A stretch of DNA of 64,000 nucleotides from Kiloniellales bacterium (GTDB taxonomy: Bacteria > Pseudomonadota > Alphaproteobacteria > Kiloniellales > JAKSDN01): the NCBI GenBank assembly GCA_041617155.1, contig JBFJPL010000004.1, positions 5,898 to 69,897 of the forward strand, given 5' to 3'. The notes under the pieces were generated by a model. That model saw only the letters and a program-made list of their open reading frames with translations. It was not told the origin of the DNA and ran no database searches. Position 1 is the stretch's first letter. Each line of letters starts with the position of its first letter. A program made the position numbers and the translations under genes. Positions 8,424-18,540 of this stretch are shown here, piece by piece.

Positions 8424-9422
8424 ATGCTGAAAATCAGACGTTGCGGCGGCACGGCGCTGCCGTTGTTCGTGGCCGCGATGATGCGGCTCTCCCTGCCCGC
8501 CAAGCTCGAGGCAGCGCCCGGTGACGAGATCGCGGCGATCGTCGGCCAGGGCGAGATCGTCGATCTCACGGTGACCGTCAGCGAAGACTATCCGGCTCAT
8601 TGGCCGTTCAATCCGCCGTTCAAGCGCCGGATCATGAACTGGTTCAAGAAGCAGCCGGGGGCCTACTCCGGGAACCCGATGACCGCGGCTGGCGGGCCGG
8701 GCGACACGATTCAGGCGGGCCTGGTGCAGAGTGTCTTCCCCTACTAAAGCCAGCAGTACGCGATCGACGATCACACCGGGACCCAGATCGACTACCCGGC
8801 CCACTTCATTCCGCCGCCCGGCAGCGGCATGCCGTTCGAGGACAAGATGGGCTGGCTGACCGGCGACAAATACCCGGTCGGCAGGCAGATGGGCGCGGCC
8901 GTGGTGATCGACGTGCGCAGCATCCTAGACCAGGCCGAGCCGGGCAAGAGTCCGGTTATCACCCTGGAGATGATCAAGGCCGACGAGGCCAAGAACGGCG
9001 CGATTAAGGCCGGCGACGTGGTGCTGCTCTATAGCGGCTACGACGACGCCTACTACAAGCCGTTCCCGGAGGGCAACCGCCTGGCCTGGGACCCGACCGT
9101 CAAGGGCGATGTCCCGGCCTGGCCCGCGCCGACCCCCGAAGCGGTCGAATACCTGGCCCGGAAAGGCGTCCGGCACATGACCATCGACAGCCCGAGCATG
9201 GGCCCTTGGGGCTACGAGTGGCAGGGCAATCCGATGGCCCAGATGACCCACGTGACCTTCCTCAAGTACGGCGGCAGCTGGACCGAGTTCGCGCGCAACC
9301 TGGGCCAGTTGCCGGCCTGCGGCGCCTACTTCATCAGCCTGAGCGCCAAGATCGTCGACATCAGCGGGGGCCTGAAGCGCGCTATCGCGATCAAGCCGAA
9401 GGGCCCTGGACTGGGCGAGTAG
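8424..9422 (+). pseudogene. Cyclase-family (kynurenine-formamidase-like) protein interrupted by an in-frame TAA
   Basis: ORFs 8424-8747 and 8829-9422 are in the same frame. The stretch between them translates as SQQYAIDDHTGTQIDYPAHF, the family HxGTHxDxPxH motif region (here HTGTQIDYPAH). The TAA is at 8745-8747. The N-terminus looks like a signal peptide. Confidence 0.75.
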
Positions 9423-9606
9423 CCGAGCCCCGGCCCGAGCCGGCGTGACGCCGGAGCCGCGGCACGGAGGACGTCGGACGGCGTTCGAAACCGCCCAAAA
9501 GTTGCCCTAATTGCGCCTCCAAGGCGCCCCGATTCGCCCTCGCGAAGCCCCATTGCCCCACCACATTGGGACGATGAGAAACAGAGTGTGGAGAGGTATA
9601 GCAAAG

Positions 9607-9780
9607 ATGTTCTCAGCACAGCGCGAAGCGCCGGCCGGAAGCCGCGACAACCTCCCGCCGCTGAAGGCGGCGGCGGCGAACGGTTTGACCACCCCGATCG
9701 ACACTGAACGACTGGTCTGGGACCAGGAATACCGCGACGAGATCCGGACGCGCCTCAAGACAGGCAGCGGCAAGGCCTAG
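9607..9780 (+). CDS. Small hypothetical protein (57 aa)
   Basis: High third-position GC throughout and a ggagagg RBS before the ATG at 9607. Its TAG stop lies inside the CTAG that flanks the MITE. No family recognised. Confidence 0.45.
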   Translation: MFSAQREAPAGSRDNLPPLKAAAANGLTTPIDTERLVWDQEYRDEIRTRLKTGSGKA

Positions 9781-10047
9781 TGGTCTGAATCAGACATATG
9801 GACCCCCTTAGGATCGCCTTTCCCGCTTCCTCGGGTGGAAGGCGCGCGCCGGCGATGCGGCACATCGTCAAGCGTGTCTGACGCCCCGAGGAAGCGGCAA
9901 AGGCGACCCTTCGGGCGGCCTTGTGAGCTCTCCGGCGTCGTCGCGCGGCGCTTGTGATGCGCCAGGCATCACGCCGCGCCACGCGCCTAGCCGGATGACC
10001 TCGGAAAACCGTTTGAGGGGGTCCATATGTCTGATTCAGACCACTAG
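9777..10047 (+). mobile_element. MITE-like foldback element, family A, copy 1
   Basis: 271 bp bounded by CTAG on both sides. Perfect 28-bp terminal inverted repeats tggtctgaatcagacatatggaccccct. No ORF with coding character. An inverted homologous copy lies at 58443-58711. Confidence 0.85.
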
Positions 10048-10142
10048 ACTCGATCCGGCTGTTCGAAGCTTGGCCTTGACCGGCCGCGGGATAGACCTAG
10101 TTTCTTTCGCAGATGTCGGTCGGGTGAGGGAACCAGTTTCTT

Positions 10143-11606
10143 TTGACGGCGCCGGTAATTCTTTGGTTCCGCCAGGATCTGCGGCTGGCGGACAATGCGG
10201 CGCTTGCGGCCGCGGTCGCGACCGGTCGGCCGGTCATGCCCGTATACATCCTGGATGAAAAGACGCCTGGCCGCTGGGCACCCGGCGGAGCGAGCCGATG
10301 GTGGCTGCACGAGAGCCTAAAGGCCTTGGCTCAGAAGCTGGCGGCAGTGGGTGGCCGCCTGACCCTGCGGCGTGGCGCGGCCCTCGACTTGTTGCCTGCC
10401 TTGGTTGACGAGACCGGTGCAACAGCGATCTTCTTGACCCGCTGTTACGAGCCCTATGCCGCGGATCTGGAGCGCAAGCTTGCGGACTTGCTTCGAGCCA
10501 AGCATGTCGATTGCAGGCGCTTCGGCGGCAACCTGCTGTTCGAGCCCGAGGCGCTGGCAACGAAATCCGGCCTGCCCTACCGGGTCTTTACGCCCTTTTA
10601 CAAGGCCTGTCTGAACCTGCCGCGGCCAAATCCGCCGCTGACCGCGCCCACGGGCCTGGGCGCGCCGCCCGACCTGCCGCCCACGGACCGGCTGGCAGAC
10701 TGGCGGCTGCTGCCAGACCGGCCGGACTGGGCCGGCGGCTTGAGGGAAAGCTGGCGGCCCGGCGAGGCCGGCGCCCGGCGACGCCTCGAGACCTTTCTCG
10801 AGAACGCGATCAGCGAATATAAGGACCTGCGCGACCGGCCCGACCGGACGGGCACTTCGCGCCTGTCGCCGCATCTGCATTTTGGCGAGATCAGCCCGCG
10901 GCAGTGCTGGCACCTGGTCTCCGCCGTCGTGCAGAGCAGCGGCGGCAAGGGCGATGGCGGCGCCCAAGCCTTCTTGCGGGAGTTGATCTGGCGCGAATTC
11001 TCCTATCACCTCCTGCACCACTGGCCCGACCTGCCGGAAAAGCCATTCCGACGGGAGTTCGCCGATTTTCCCTGGGCCGAGGACCGCTCAAAGCTGTCAA
11101 CCTGGCAAAAGGGCTCGACCGGCTATCCGATCGTCGATGCCGGCCTGCGCGAGCTGTGGCATTGCGGCTGGATGCACAACCGGGTGCGCATGATCGTCGC
11201 TTCTTTCCTGGTCAAGGACCTGCTGATTCCCTGGCAGGACGGCGCCGCTTGGTTCTGGGACACGCTGGTCGACGCGGACCTGGCGAACAACTCGGCCAGT
11301 TGGCAGTGGGTTGCGGGCTGCGGTGCCGACGCGGCACCCTACTTCCGGATATTCAACCCGGTCCTCCAAGGTCGAAAGTTCGACCCCGACGGCGTCTACG
11401 TGCGCCGTTGGATTCCCGAGCTCGCCGGGCTGCCAAACGCGTCCATCCACGAACCCTGGCAGGCCGATCAACATGACCTGCGGCGCGCCGGCGTAACGTT
11501 GGGCAAGACCTACCCCAGACCCATGGTCGACCATGCGGCGGCGCGCAAACGGGCGCTGACCGCGCTCGAAGACATGAAGCGGCGCCAGGAGGATCAGGCG
11601 TTCTGA
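10143..11606 (+). CDS. phrB: Deoxyribodipyrimidine photolyase (class I CPD photolyase/cryptochrome family)
   Basis: N-terminal ILWFRQDLRLADN. C-terminal FAD-binding block WQWVAGCGADAAPYFRIFNP. TTG start as in the ORF track. Confidence 0.9.
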   Translation: MTAPVILWFRQDLRLADNAALAAAVATGRPVMPVYILDEKTPGRWAPGGASRWWLHESLKALAQKLAAVGGRLTLRRGAALDLLPALVDETGATAIFLTRCYEPYAADLERKLADLLRAKHVDCRRFGGNLLFEPEALATKSGLPYRVFTPFYKACLNLPRPNPPLTAPTGLGAPPDLPPTDRLADWRLLPDRPDWAGGLRESWRPGEAGARRRLETFLENAISEYKDLRDRPDRTGTSRLSPHLHFGEISPRQCWHLVSAVVQSSGGKGDGGAQAFLRELIWREFSYHLLHHWPDLPEKPFRREFADFPWAEDRSKLSTWQKGSTGYPIVDAGLRELWHCGWMHNRVRMIVASFLVKDLLIPWQDGAAWFWDTLVDADLANNSASWQWVAGCGADAAPYFRIFNPVLQGRKFDPDGVYVRRWIPELAGLPNASIHEPWQADQHDLRRAGVTLGKTYPRPMVDHAAARKRALTALEDMKRRQEDQAF

Positions 11607-11610
11607 TCGC

Positions 11611-11925
11611 TCACGCGGTCTCGGTGTCGATCCAGTCGAGGTAGGCCGGGTTGCCGCCGGCGATTGGCGTGACAACGATAGCCGGACATACGTAACTGTG
11701 CTCCTGGCGGATCAGGGAAACCGCCTGATCGACCAAAGCGCTTCGTGTCTTGGCGAAAAATGCCGCCTCGGCCCGCTCCCTCACCTCGCCTTGCCAACGG
11801 AAGACCGACGACATTTCCGCGACGCAATTGACGCCCGCGGCCAAGCGCGCCTCGACCAGTGCCCGGGCGATGTGTCGGGCCTCGGTGGCGTCCTTGGTCG
11901 TGACAAAGATCAGGCTGTGACCCAC
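11611..11925 (-). CDS. cutA: Divalent-cation tolerance protein CutA
   Basis: 104 aa. LAAGVNCV...SVFRWQGEV...E is the typical CutA1 pattern. Confidence 0.85.
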   Translation of the reverse strand: MGHSLIFVTTKDATEARHIARALVEARLAAGVNCVAEMSSVFRWQGEVRERAEAAFFAKTRSALVDQAVSLIRQEHSYVCPAIVVTPIAGGNPAYLDWIDTETA

Positions 11926-11980
11926 GGTTCACCTCTCGCCGTTCCAACTCGCGGCAGTCTAGCGCCCGGCGTGCGAAAGG

Positions 11981-13612
11981 TCAGCGGACCTGGTGACGCC
12001 AACGCTCGATGGTTTCGTAAATCAGGTCCCACTCGGGCTGCTGGTCGTTCTGCCAGGATTCGGAGAACACCGCGGTGTCGCTGAGCGGACGCTGGTCGGG
12101 CGGCAGGTCGCGCAAACGGATACGCATCGGCAGGGTGACGCCCTCGCCAACCACCACCGCCTCCTGGACGCGCAGGGCGGGCAGCGAGTTGAGCAAGCCC
12201 ATGGCCGCCTCGGGCAGGACCCTGCTGACGTAGTCCTGGTCCTTATCGTTGCTCATGCGCAAAGCGAAAATCGTGTTGCACTGGGACAGAATGGTCTCCG
12301 ACAGCTCCGATGGGCGCTGGGTCACCAAGCCGAGCGAGACGCCGTACTTTCGGCCCTCCTTGGCGATCCGCGCGATCGCCTCGCGGGTCGGCCCGAAGCC
12401 GGAACCGTCCTGCGGGATGTAGCGGTGCGCCTCCTCGCAGACCAGCAGCACCGGAATCGAATCCTCGCGCGGGCTCCAGACCGCGAAGTCGAAGGTCATG
12501 CGGCACATCAACGAGACCACGACGTCGACGATCTCCGAGGGCACGCCCGAAAGGTCGAAGATGGTGACCGGCCTGTCCTCGACCGGAATACGCAGGATCT
12601 TGGCCACCACGTCGGCCATGGTGTCGCTCACCTTGAGGCCGGCGAACATGAACGCGAAACGCTTGTCGCGGCGCAGGCTGTCGATGCGCGCGGTCAGGCG
12701 GAGGTAAGGTGTCGACAATTCGGCCTTCTCGAACTGGCCCATGGCCGTCTGGATGTTCTGCGACAGGGTGCTGAGCTGATAGGGGTAGGGCGTGTCGACC
12801 GTGATGAAATTGCCCTGGCCGCCGCCCTCGCCCATGAAGTTGCGCTTGGCTTCGACCACGGCCTCCTTGAGGATGTTGGCCTCGGCGTCGTGGGTCGGGC
12901 TGCCCTCCGGGCTGCAGAGCACCTCGGTCAGCTCCTCGAAGTTGAGGAGCCAGTACGGCAACATGAGGTTTTCCGGTGTGATCACCTCGGCCGCGTCGCC
13001 GAAAGCGTGACTGTATTCGTTGTGCGGGTCGAGCACGACGATGTGGCCCCAGGGGTGCGCCTCGAGCACCGCACGCAGGATCACCGCCAGCGAACAGGAC
13101 TTGCCCGAGCCGGTCGTGCCGAGGACCGCGAAGTGCTTGCCGAGCAGTTCGTCGCTCATGGCGTAAACCGGCAGGCGGCTATCCTGGTGCAGGGTGCCGA
13201 GCTGGATGTTCGCGGTCGCCGGCTTGGCATAGATCTGCGCCAGTTCGGTGTGCGTGGTCTCGTAGATCGGCGAGCCCAGCGAGGGATAAATCGACACACC
13301 ACGCTGAAACGAAATGCCGCCGCCGGCGGCCACGTCATCGGTCAACATGGCCTCGCCGAACAGGTCGATCTCGACCAGCCGACGGTCGGTCGGCAGCGGC
13401 GGGGTCGAGGGATTGTCGATATTTAGGCTGCTGATCACGCCGAAGGCGATTGACTGGTGGGTCAGGACCTTGACCAGCGAACCGATCTGTACGGCGCGGT
13501 TCAGCCGAGGGTCGGCGGCACCGTCCGGGCCGCCGGGCTGGACCAGAACGCCGATGATCTTCGAGCCGGTCACCGAAGTGACATAGCCGGCCTTAACCAA
13601 ATTGTCCGCCAT
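11981..13612 (-). CDS. HerA-like (DUF87) P-loop ATPase
   Basis: Walker A at AVLGTTGSGKS, Walker B at VLLVCEEAHRY, and GLVTQRPSEL typical of the HerA/FtsK-like clade. N-terminal barrel-like region. ATG at 13612 (MADNLVK); the ORF stays open to 13657. Confidence 0.8.
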   Translation of the reverse strand: MADNLVKAGYVTSVTGSKIIGVLVQPGGPDGAADPRLNRAVQIGSLVKVLTHQSIAFGVISSLNIDNPSTPPLPTDRRLVEIDLFGEAMLTDDVAAGGGISFQRGVSIYPSLGSPIYETTHTELAQIYAKPATANIQLGTLHQDSRLPVYAMSDELLGKHFAVLGTTGSGKSCSLAVILRAVLEAHPWGHIVVLDPHNEYSHAFGDAAEVITPENLMLPYWLLNFEELTEVLCSPEGSPTHDAEANILKEAVVEAKRNFMGEGGGQGNFITVDTPYPYQLSTLSQNIQTAMGQFEKAELSTPYLRLTARIDSLRRDKRFAFMFAGLKVSDTMADVVAKILRIPVEDRPVTIFDLSGVPSEIVDVVVSLMCRMTFDFAVWSPREDSIPVLLVCEEAHRYIPQDGSGFGPTREAIARIAKEGRKYGVSLGLVTQRPSELSETILSQCNTIFALRMSNDKDQDYVSRVLPEAAMGLLNSLPALRVQEAVVVGEGVTLPMRIRLRDLPPDQRPLSDTAVFSESWQNDQQPEWDLIYETIERWRHQVR

Positions 13613-13824
13613 GTTACCGGAACCCATCCTGTGCTGTTGCGAAGCGCCTTCGCCCAAACCCTCACCGGCGCTAGCCTAAGCGGCCCTATGACCGCCCATT
13701 AACAGCATCCAGATGGAAAAATTCAGTTAATCGCGCCGAAACGATCAGCCGCCGAGGCCCGGCTTTGCATTCAAAAATGCTCGTTTTACGAGAATAAAAA
13801 GTAGATAAAATCGACTGTTAGATA

Positions 13825-13901
13825 TGGTCGGAGCGGCAGGATTCGAACCTGCGACCCCTTGCCCCCCAGGCAAGTGCGCTACCAGACTGCGCTACGCTCC
13901 G
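13825..13901 (-). tRNA. tRNA-Pro (anticodon GGG)
   Basis: The reverse complement CGGAGCGTAGCGCAGTCTGGTAGCGCACTTGCCTGGGGGGCAAGGGGTCGCAGGTTCGAATCCTGCCGCTCCGACCA folds as a cloverleaf: 7-bp acceptor, GCGC D-stem, CUUGC/GCAAG anticodon stem with loop CUGGGGG, GCAGG/CCUGC T-stem, encoded CCA. Confidence 0.95.
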
Positions 13902-13984
13902 ACCGGGCCCGCCGGGATCATCCGGCGGTGCGCCCTATATACGCGGCCGCCGACTCCAAGGCAATGGCGCGGCCCACCAGAAGT

Positions 13985-14374
13985 CTAACCGCCCGCACCG
14001 CGCAAAAGGTCGCGCACGGCAATCAACTCGCCCAACAGAACCTCCAGATCGGCCCGAGACGCGGCCTGACCGCTCGTCGGCGCGGCGGACGAGGAACCAT
14101 TATCGCCGCGAGCGCCGGCGCTATCGCGCAACAGGCGCTGCACGCCTTTGATGGTGTAGCCCTCGGTATAAAGCAGATCGCGAATCCGACGCAAAAGCGC
14201 AATGTCTTCAGGCCGGTAATAGCGCCGACCGCCCCCGCGCTTGAGCGGGCGCACCTGGGCGAACTTGGTCTCCCAGAAGCGCAGAACGTGCTGCGGCACT
14301 TCCAGATGATCCGAAACCTCGCTTATGGTGCGGAACGCTGCCGCGGACTTACCGCTCTGCCGTGTGGCTGACAT
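13985..14374 (-). CDS. MerR family transcriptional regulator
   Basis: [25 protein letters not shown]...[19 protein letters not shown] is a MerR HTH. It sits downstream of ihfA, as is conserved in Alphaproteobacteria. Confidence 0.85.
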   Translation of the reverse strand: MSATRQSGKSAAAFRTISEVSDHLEVPQHVLRFWETKFAQVRPLKRGGGRRYYRPEDIALLRRIRDLLYTEGYTIKGVQRLLRDSAGARGDNGSSSAAPTSGQAASRADLEVLLGELIAVRDLLRGAGG

Positions 14375-14414
14375 GACCGCTCAAGGGCTCCTGGACTGAC
14401 GAAATTCTGGCCCG

Positions 14415-14729
14415 CTATTCCCCGGCTACCGACAGTAGGGTTTCGTTGATTCGATTCTTCAAGACATGCGAGGGCCGGAATACCAGAACGCGCCGCGGCA
14501 GGATCGGTACTTCCTCACCGGTCTTCGGATTCCGCCCGACACGTTGGCCTTTCTGGCGCACTGCGAAACTGCCGAACGAAGAGATCTTAACCATCTCACC
14601 CCGTACCAAGGCCCCCGCAATTTCGTCCAACACCGACTCGACCAAATCGGACGACTCGTTGCGTGACAAGCCGACTTCCTGATAGACCGCCTCGCTTAGA
14701 TCGGCCCGTGTCACCGTGTGCCCGGACAT
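14415..14729 (-). CDS. ihfA: Integration host factor subunit alpha
   Basis: 104 aa. [41 protein letters not shown] is the canonical IHF/HU arm. Confidence 0.95.
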   Translation of the reverse strand: MSGHTVTRADLSEAVYQEVGLSRNESSDLVESVLDEIAGALVRGEMVKISSFGSFAVRQKGQRVGRNPKTGEEVPILPRRVLVFRPSHVLKNRINETLLSVAGE

Positions 14730-14857
14730 GTGCCCCCTCCTTATAGATTATCTGAAAAGGTTAGCTTAAGGCTGTGGAAGCGTCAATTAATCAAGGCTCT
14801 AGAAAGTGTTTTCGAACTTTGATAAAGCCGTGCGGGGAATCTAGTTCCGGCCAATCG

Positions 14858-15832
14858 TCACCAGCGGACCAGAGCCGAGCCCCAGGTAAATCCTCCGCCC
14901 ATCGCTTCCATCAATACCAGGTCGCCCTGCTGGATGCGGCCGTCGCTGACCGCTTCGCATAGCGCCAGGGGAATCGAGGCTGCCGAGGTGTTGGCGTGGC
15001 GGTCGACGGTGATCACCACCCGGTCTTCTGGCAGATTTAGGCGCTTTGCCATGGATTCGATGATGCGCCGGTTCGCCTGATGTGGCACCAGCCAATCGAT
15101 GTCACCGGGCGTCATACCGTTGCTTTCGAGCGCGGCATCGATCGCTTCCGCCATTCGCACCACGGCATGGCGATAGACCTCCCGTCCCTCCATGTGCACC
15201 ACGCCCGTGGTCCGCGTCGACGACGGTCCACCATCGACGTAGAGCGCGTCATGGTGCCGGCCATCGGAATAGACATGGGTCGAGAGGATACCGCGGTCCG
15301 CGGCACCGTCCGCGCCGTTGGCTGCACGCAGCAGAACCGCGCCGGCACCGTCGCCGAACAGAACGCAGGTACCCCGGTCTTCCCAGTCCAGGATGCGCGA
15401 GAAGGTTTCCGCACCGATCACCAACACCGAGCGCACCTGTCCACAGCGGACAAAATTGTCCGCCACGGCGAGTCCGTAGATGAATCCGCTGCACACCGCC
15501 TGAATATCGAAGGCCGCACCGCGAGTCATGCCGAGCTCGGCTTGGATGCGGGTCGCGGTAGCCGGAAAGGTTTCGTCCGGTGTGGTCGTGGCACAGACGA
15601 TCATGTCCAGCTCGTCGACCGTGGCGCCGGCATGCTTGAGTGCCGCGCGGGCCGCATTGATGCCCAGGTCAGAGGTCAGCTCGCCCTCGGCGGCCAGGTG
15701 GCGCTGCCTGATGCCGGTCCGCTTGCTGATCCACTCATCGGAGGTGTCGACGCGCTTTGCCAACTCGTCGTTCGATACCGCCTGGACCGGCAGATAGGAT
15801 CCGCAGCCAGCGACCTGAGAACGAATTGCCAT
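14858..15832 (-). CDS. fabH: 3-oxoacyl-ACP synthase III
   Basis: [15 protein letters not shown] (active-site Cys), [18 protein letters not shown] overlap with the plsX stop at 15832. Confidence 0.95.
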   Translation of the reverse strand: MAIRSQVAGCGSYLPVQAVSNDELAKRVDTSDEWISKRTGIRQRHLAAEGELTSDLGINAARAALKHAGATVDELDMIVCATTTPDETFPATATRIQAELGMTRGAAFDIQAVCSGFIYGLAVADNFVRCGQVRSVLVIGAETFSRILDWEDRGTCVLFGDGAGAVLLRAANGADGAADRGILSTHVYSDGRHHDALYVDGGPSSTRTTGVVHMEGREVYRHAVVRMAEAIDAALESNGMTPGDIDWLVPHQANRRIIESMAKRLNLPEDRVVITVDRHANTSAASIPLALCEAVSDGRIQQGDLVLMEAMGGGFTWGSALVRW

Positions 15833-16878
15833 CAGGATGCCGCGGCCCGCTTGTCGGACAATCTGTGGTCGAGCACGCTGCAAGCTGCCCGGGTTTGTTC
15901 TATGAAGTCGTGCTGTAAGAGATCGACGGCAACGCCGATGGCATTGGCAAAGCCCATGGCGTCGGTACCGCCGTGGCTCTTTACCGCTATTCCGTTCAGG
16001 CCCAAGAAGATTGCTCCATTGTAGCGGCGCGGATCGATCCGCATGCGCAGCTTGTTCATCGCCGGACGGGCAAGGAGATAACCGAAACCGGCCAAGACCG
16101 AAGATTTGAATGTGCGCCGGACATACTCGTTAACCATTTTCGCCGTGCCCTCGGCGGTCTTCAGCGCGATATTTCCGGTAAACCCGTCGGTCACGACCAC
16201 GTCAACCGTGCCCATGGCGATGTCGTCGCCCTCGATGAAACCGATGAACTTTCCTGGCAGGTTGGCCTCGCGCAGGATTGCACTGGCCTCATGCAGCGCC
16301 TCGTGTCCCTTGATCTCCTCCGAGCCGACGTTGAGCAGGCCGTAGGTCGGCTCCTGAAGTCCCAGTGCGATCCGCGCGAAAGCGGTGCCCATGATCGCAA
16401 AGTCGACGAGATTACCGGCATCGCAATGCACGTTGGCGCCTAGGTCGAGCATCACCGTCTCGCCCTTGAGTGTCGGGAAGAGTGACGAGATGGCCGGCCG
16501 ATCGATGCCGGGCAGAGTTTTCAGAACGAACTTCGCCATGGCCATCAAGGCGCCGGTATTGCCGGCCGAGATCACGCCGTGGGCCTTACCCTCATGGACC
16601 GCGTTGATCGCCAGACGCATTGAGGATTTGCGTCCCGAACGCAGCGCCACAGAGGGTTTTTCGTCGCTGCGCACGACATCGTCGGTATGAACGATGGACG
16701 AAACGTCCTTCAGCTTGTCCATGCTTGAGAGCAGCGGCTTGATCTTGTCCTCCTGGCCGAACAGCAGGAAATTCAGCTGCGGAAAACGCTGGCGAGCAAT
16801 ATTGGCGCCACGAACCACCATCTGGGGGGCGTTATCACCACCCATGGCATCCAGAGCTATGGTCAGGCGACCGCTCAC
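15832..16878 (-). CDS. plsX: Phosphate acyltransferase PlsX
   Basis: [34 protein letters not shown]. Confidence 0.95.
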   Translation of the reverse strand: MSGRLTIALDAMGGDNAPQMVVRGANIARQRFPQLNFLLFGQEDKIKPLLSSMDKLKDVSSIVHTDDVVRSDEKPSVALRSGRKSSMRLAINAVHEGKAHGVISAGNTGALMAMAKFVLKTLPGIDRPAISSLFPTLKGETVMLDLGANVHCDAGNLVDFAIMGTAFARIALGLQEPTYGLLNVGSEEIKGHEALHEASAILREANLPGKFIGFIEGDDIAMGTVDVVVTDGFTGNIALKTAEGTAKMVNEYVRRTFKSSVLAGFGYLLARPAMNKLRMRIDPRRYNGAIFLGLNGIAVKSHGGTDAMGFANAIGVAVDLLQHDFIEQTRAACSVLDHRLSDKRAAAS

Positions 16879-16936
16879 GTAACGTCGTCCTCACAAAAGA
16901 TCTCGCCGGCCGGCTCCATTGCCAAGCCAAGCCGGG

Positions 16937-17119
16937 TCAAGCGACCTCTATCTCAAGGACATCGCGGCCGTCATAGGAGCCACAAGAAGCGCACACGTGA
17001 TGTGGACGTTTCAGCTCGCCACAGTTGGAACACTCGACATAACTTCCCGGCTTGAGGGCGTCGTGCGCTCGACGCTGATTGCGCCGCGACTTCGATACCT
17101 TCTTCTTGGGAACAGCCAT
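16937..17119 (-). CDS. rpmF: 50S ribosomal protein L32
   Basis: [19 protein letters not shown]...[18 protein letters not shown]. Confidence 0.95.
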   Translation of the reverse strand: MAVPKKKVSKSRRNQRRAHDALKPGSYVECSNCGELKRPHHVCASCGSYDGRDVLEIEVA

Positions 17120-17222
17120 AGTTTCAATCTCTCATTTTACGCGGCCTTCGCGATGCCGCTTCATAGCTAACAATGCGGCCAGCAGCAAGTCTGACCACTC
17201 TCGACGCGCCCACCCTAGACCG

Positions 17223-17774
17223 CTATTTCCGCCCCTTGAGCGATTCGAGCACCGCGAACGGCGACTCGCCTGTCTCGGTCTCGCCCCGGCCAGCCCCCTG
17301 GTCGGGTCGCTGCAGCTCGGCCCCCTCGGCCCTCGGGTAGGGGTCGAGAACCAACGCCAGTTGTTCGGCCGCAATCTCGCCGAGGTCAACACCGCCCGGC
17401 GGCATCGGCTCCGGCGGATCCTCCTCATCGAGCTCGACCAAGATCTCGCTCGCCACGGGATCCAACCCAGCATCCTCGCTGAACTGCAGCGAGAAGCTGT
17501 CTTCGACATTGCTGGCCACCGGTTCCAATGTCACGACGCAGGTTTGCGTTAACTGCGCCTGGAACTGACCGGTAACCCGGATCATCTTGTCGCCCACGCG
17601 TCGCAGACGAAACTCCGCCGTCAAACGATCAAGCGACAATAGTCCGAAGCGCCCGGCCAAGGCCGTCCGCTCCGTCGCCGTCGCCTCGATGACTTCACTG
17701 ACCTCGGTCTCGCCGATATCCTGCGCTGAGACCGGGCGAGAGAACTCGATAATCGGTAAGATCTCTGCAGCCAT
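17223..17774 (-). CDS. YceD/DUF177 family protein
   Basis: Acidic protein of about 183 aa directly upstream of rpmF, the conserved yceD-rpmF arrangement. ATG at 17774. Confidence 0.75.
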   Translation of the reverse strand: MAAEILPIIEFSRPVSAQDIGETEVSEVIEATATERTALAGRFGLLSLDRLTAEFRLRRVGDKMIRVTGQFQAQLTQTCVVTLEPVASNVEDSFSLQFSEDAGLDPVASEILVELDEEDPPEPMPPGGVDLGEIAAEQLALVLDPYPRAEGAELQRPDQGAGRGETETGESPFAVLESLKGRK

Positions 17775-17852
17775 GTGACTCCCCGCCGAGGCGCGCGGCG
17801 GCGCGCACATTAGGCAAGGGCTGGCTTGGGGTCAACGAAATTCCTGCTCCGC

Positions 17853-18422
17853 TCAATCGCCCTCAGGACCAGAATCGGCCACCAAATCAGCGGCCGGCGG
17901 CGGGCCGAACTCTATTTCGCCAGCGATCAACCTCGACAACGGTTGAGCCGCCAGACCCGCGGCCTCGCGCGCGACATAAGCGGCCATGCCCCCGACCATG
18001 GCCGGGCTTGCCGCGACGGTACCGAAGAGATTGCGCGCCAGGGCTTCACCCAGAACCTGCGATCCGCCATCCAAACCACCCTCATAGGCGGCGACCCGGC
18101 CATAGAACCCCTGGACCATGGCCTTGACCCGGCGCCCGACGCCCAAATCTCCAACGCCCATCTCGCGCAGGCTGACATCCATATCCAAGAACAGGATATC
18201 GAACAACTCCTGGGCCAAGCCGGCGGTCCGCTCGTGGTCATGCTTCAAGCGATGCATCACTAGGAAGCTATGCAGCACGATCAACTCGAACCGGCCATCA
18301 AGGCTGTCGGGCACACCGCAGTTGCTGTAGAATACCGGTTGGCGGGCCTGTTCGACGATTGTTTTGTAGAGCGCCCGGGCCGGGGCCGCCTGCGGGCTGG
18401 CTTTGAACAAACGTGATAGCAC
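17853..18422 (-). CDS. Ubiquinol-cytochrome c chaperone (Cbp3-like) family protein
   Basis: 189 aa. RFELIVLHSFLVMHRL and REMGVGDLGVGRRVKAM match the family pattern as I recall it. Confidence 0.7.
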   Translation of the reverse strand: MLSRLFKASPQAAPARALYKTIVEQARQPVFYSNCGVPDSLDGRFELIVLHSFLVMHRLKHDHERTAGLAQELFDILFLDMDVSLREMGVGDLGVGRRVKAMVQGFYGRVAAYEGGLDGGSQVLGEALARNLFGTVAASPAMVGGMAAYVAREAAGLAAQPLSRLIAGEIEFGPPPAADLVADSGPEGD

Positions 18423-18540
18423 CTGGGCACCTCGCTTGCGGGGGCTTTTTTCACCGGTCTCGAAGTCGCCGGTGACCGAACGGCATGAACGTCGACCTTG
18501 AAATGAACCGATCCCCGGGTTTAATCAAGGGCTGCGGGCC

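Noticed and set aside
11981-13901. Genomic island integrated at tRNA-Pro carrying the HerA-like gene.
   Set aside because: There is no integrase, no direct repeat of the tRNA 3' end in the following 2.5 kb, and the gene has native GC content. Only the AT-rich spacer is suggestive.
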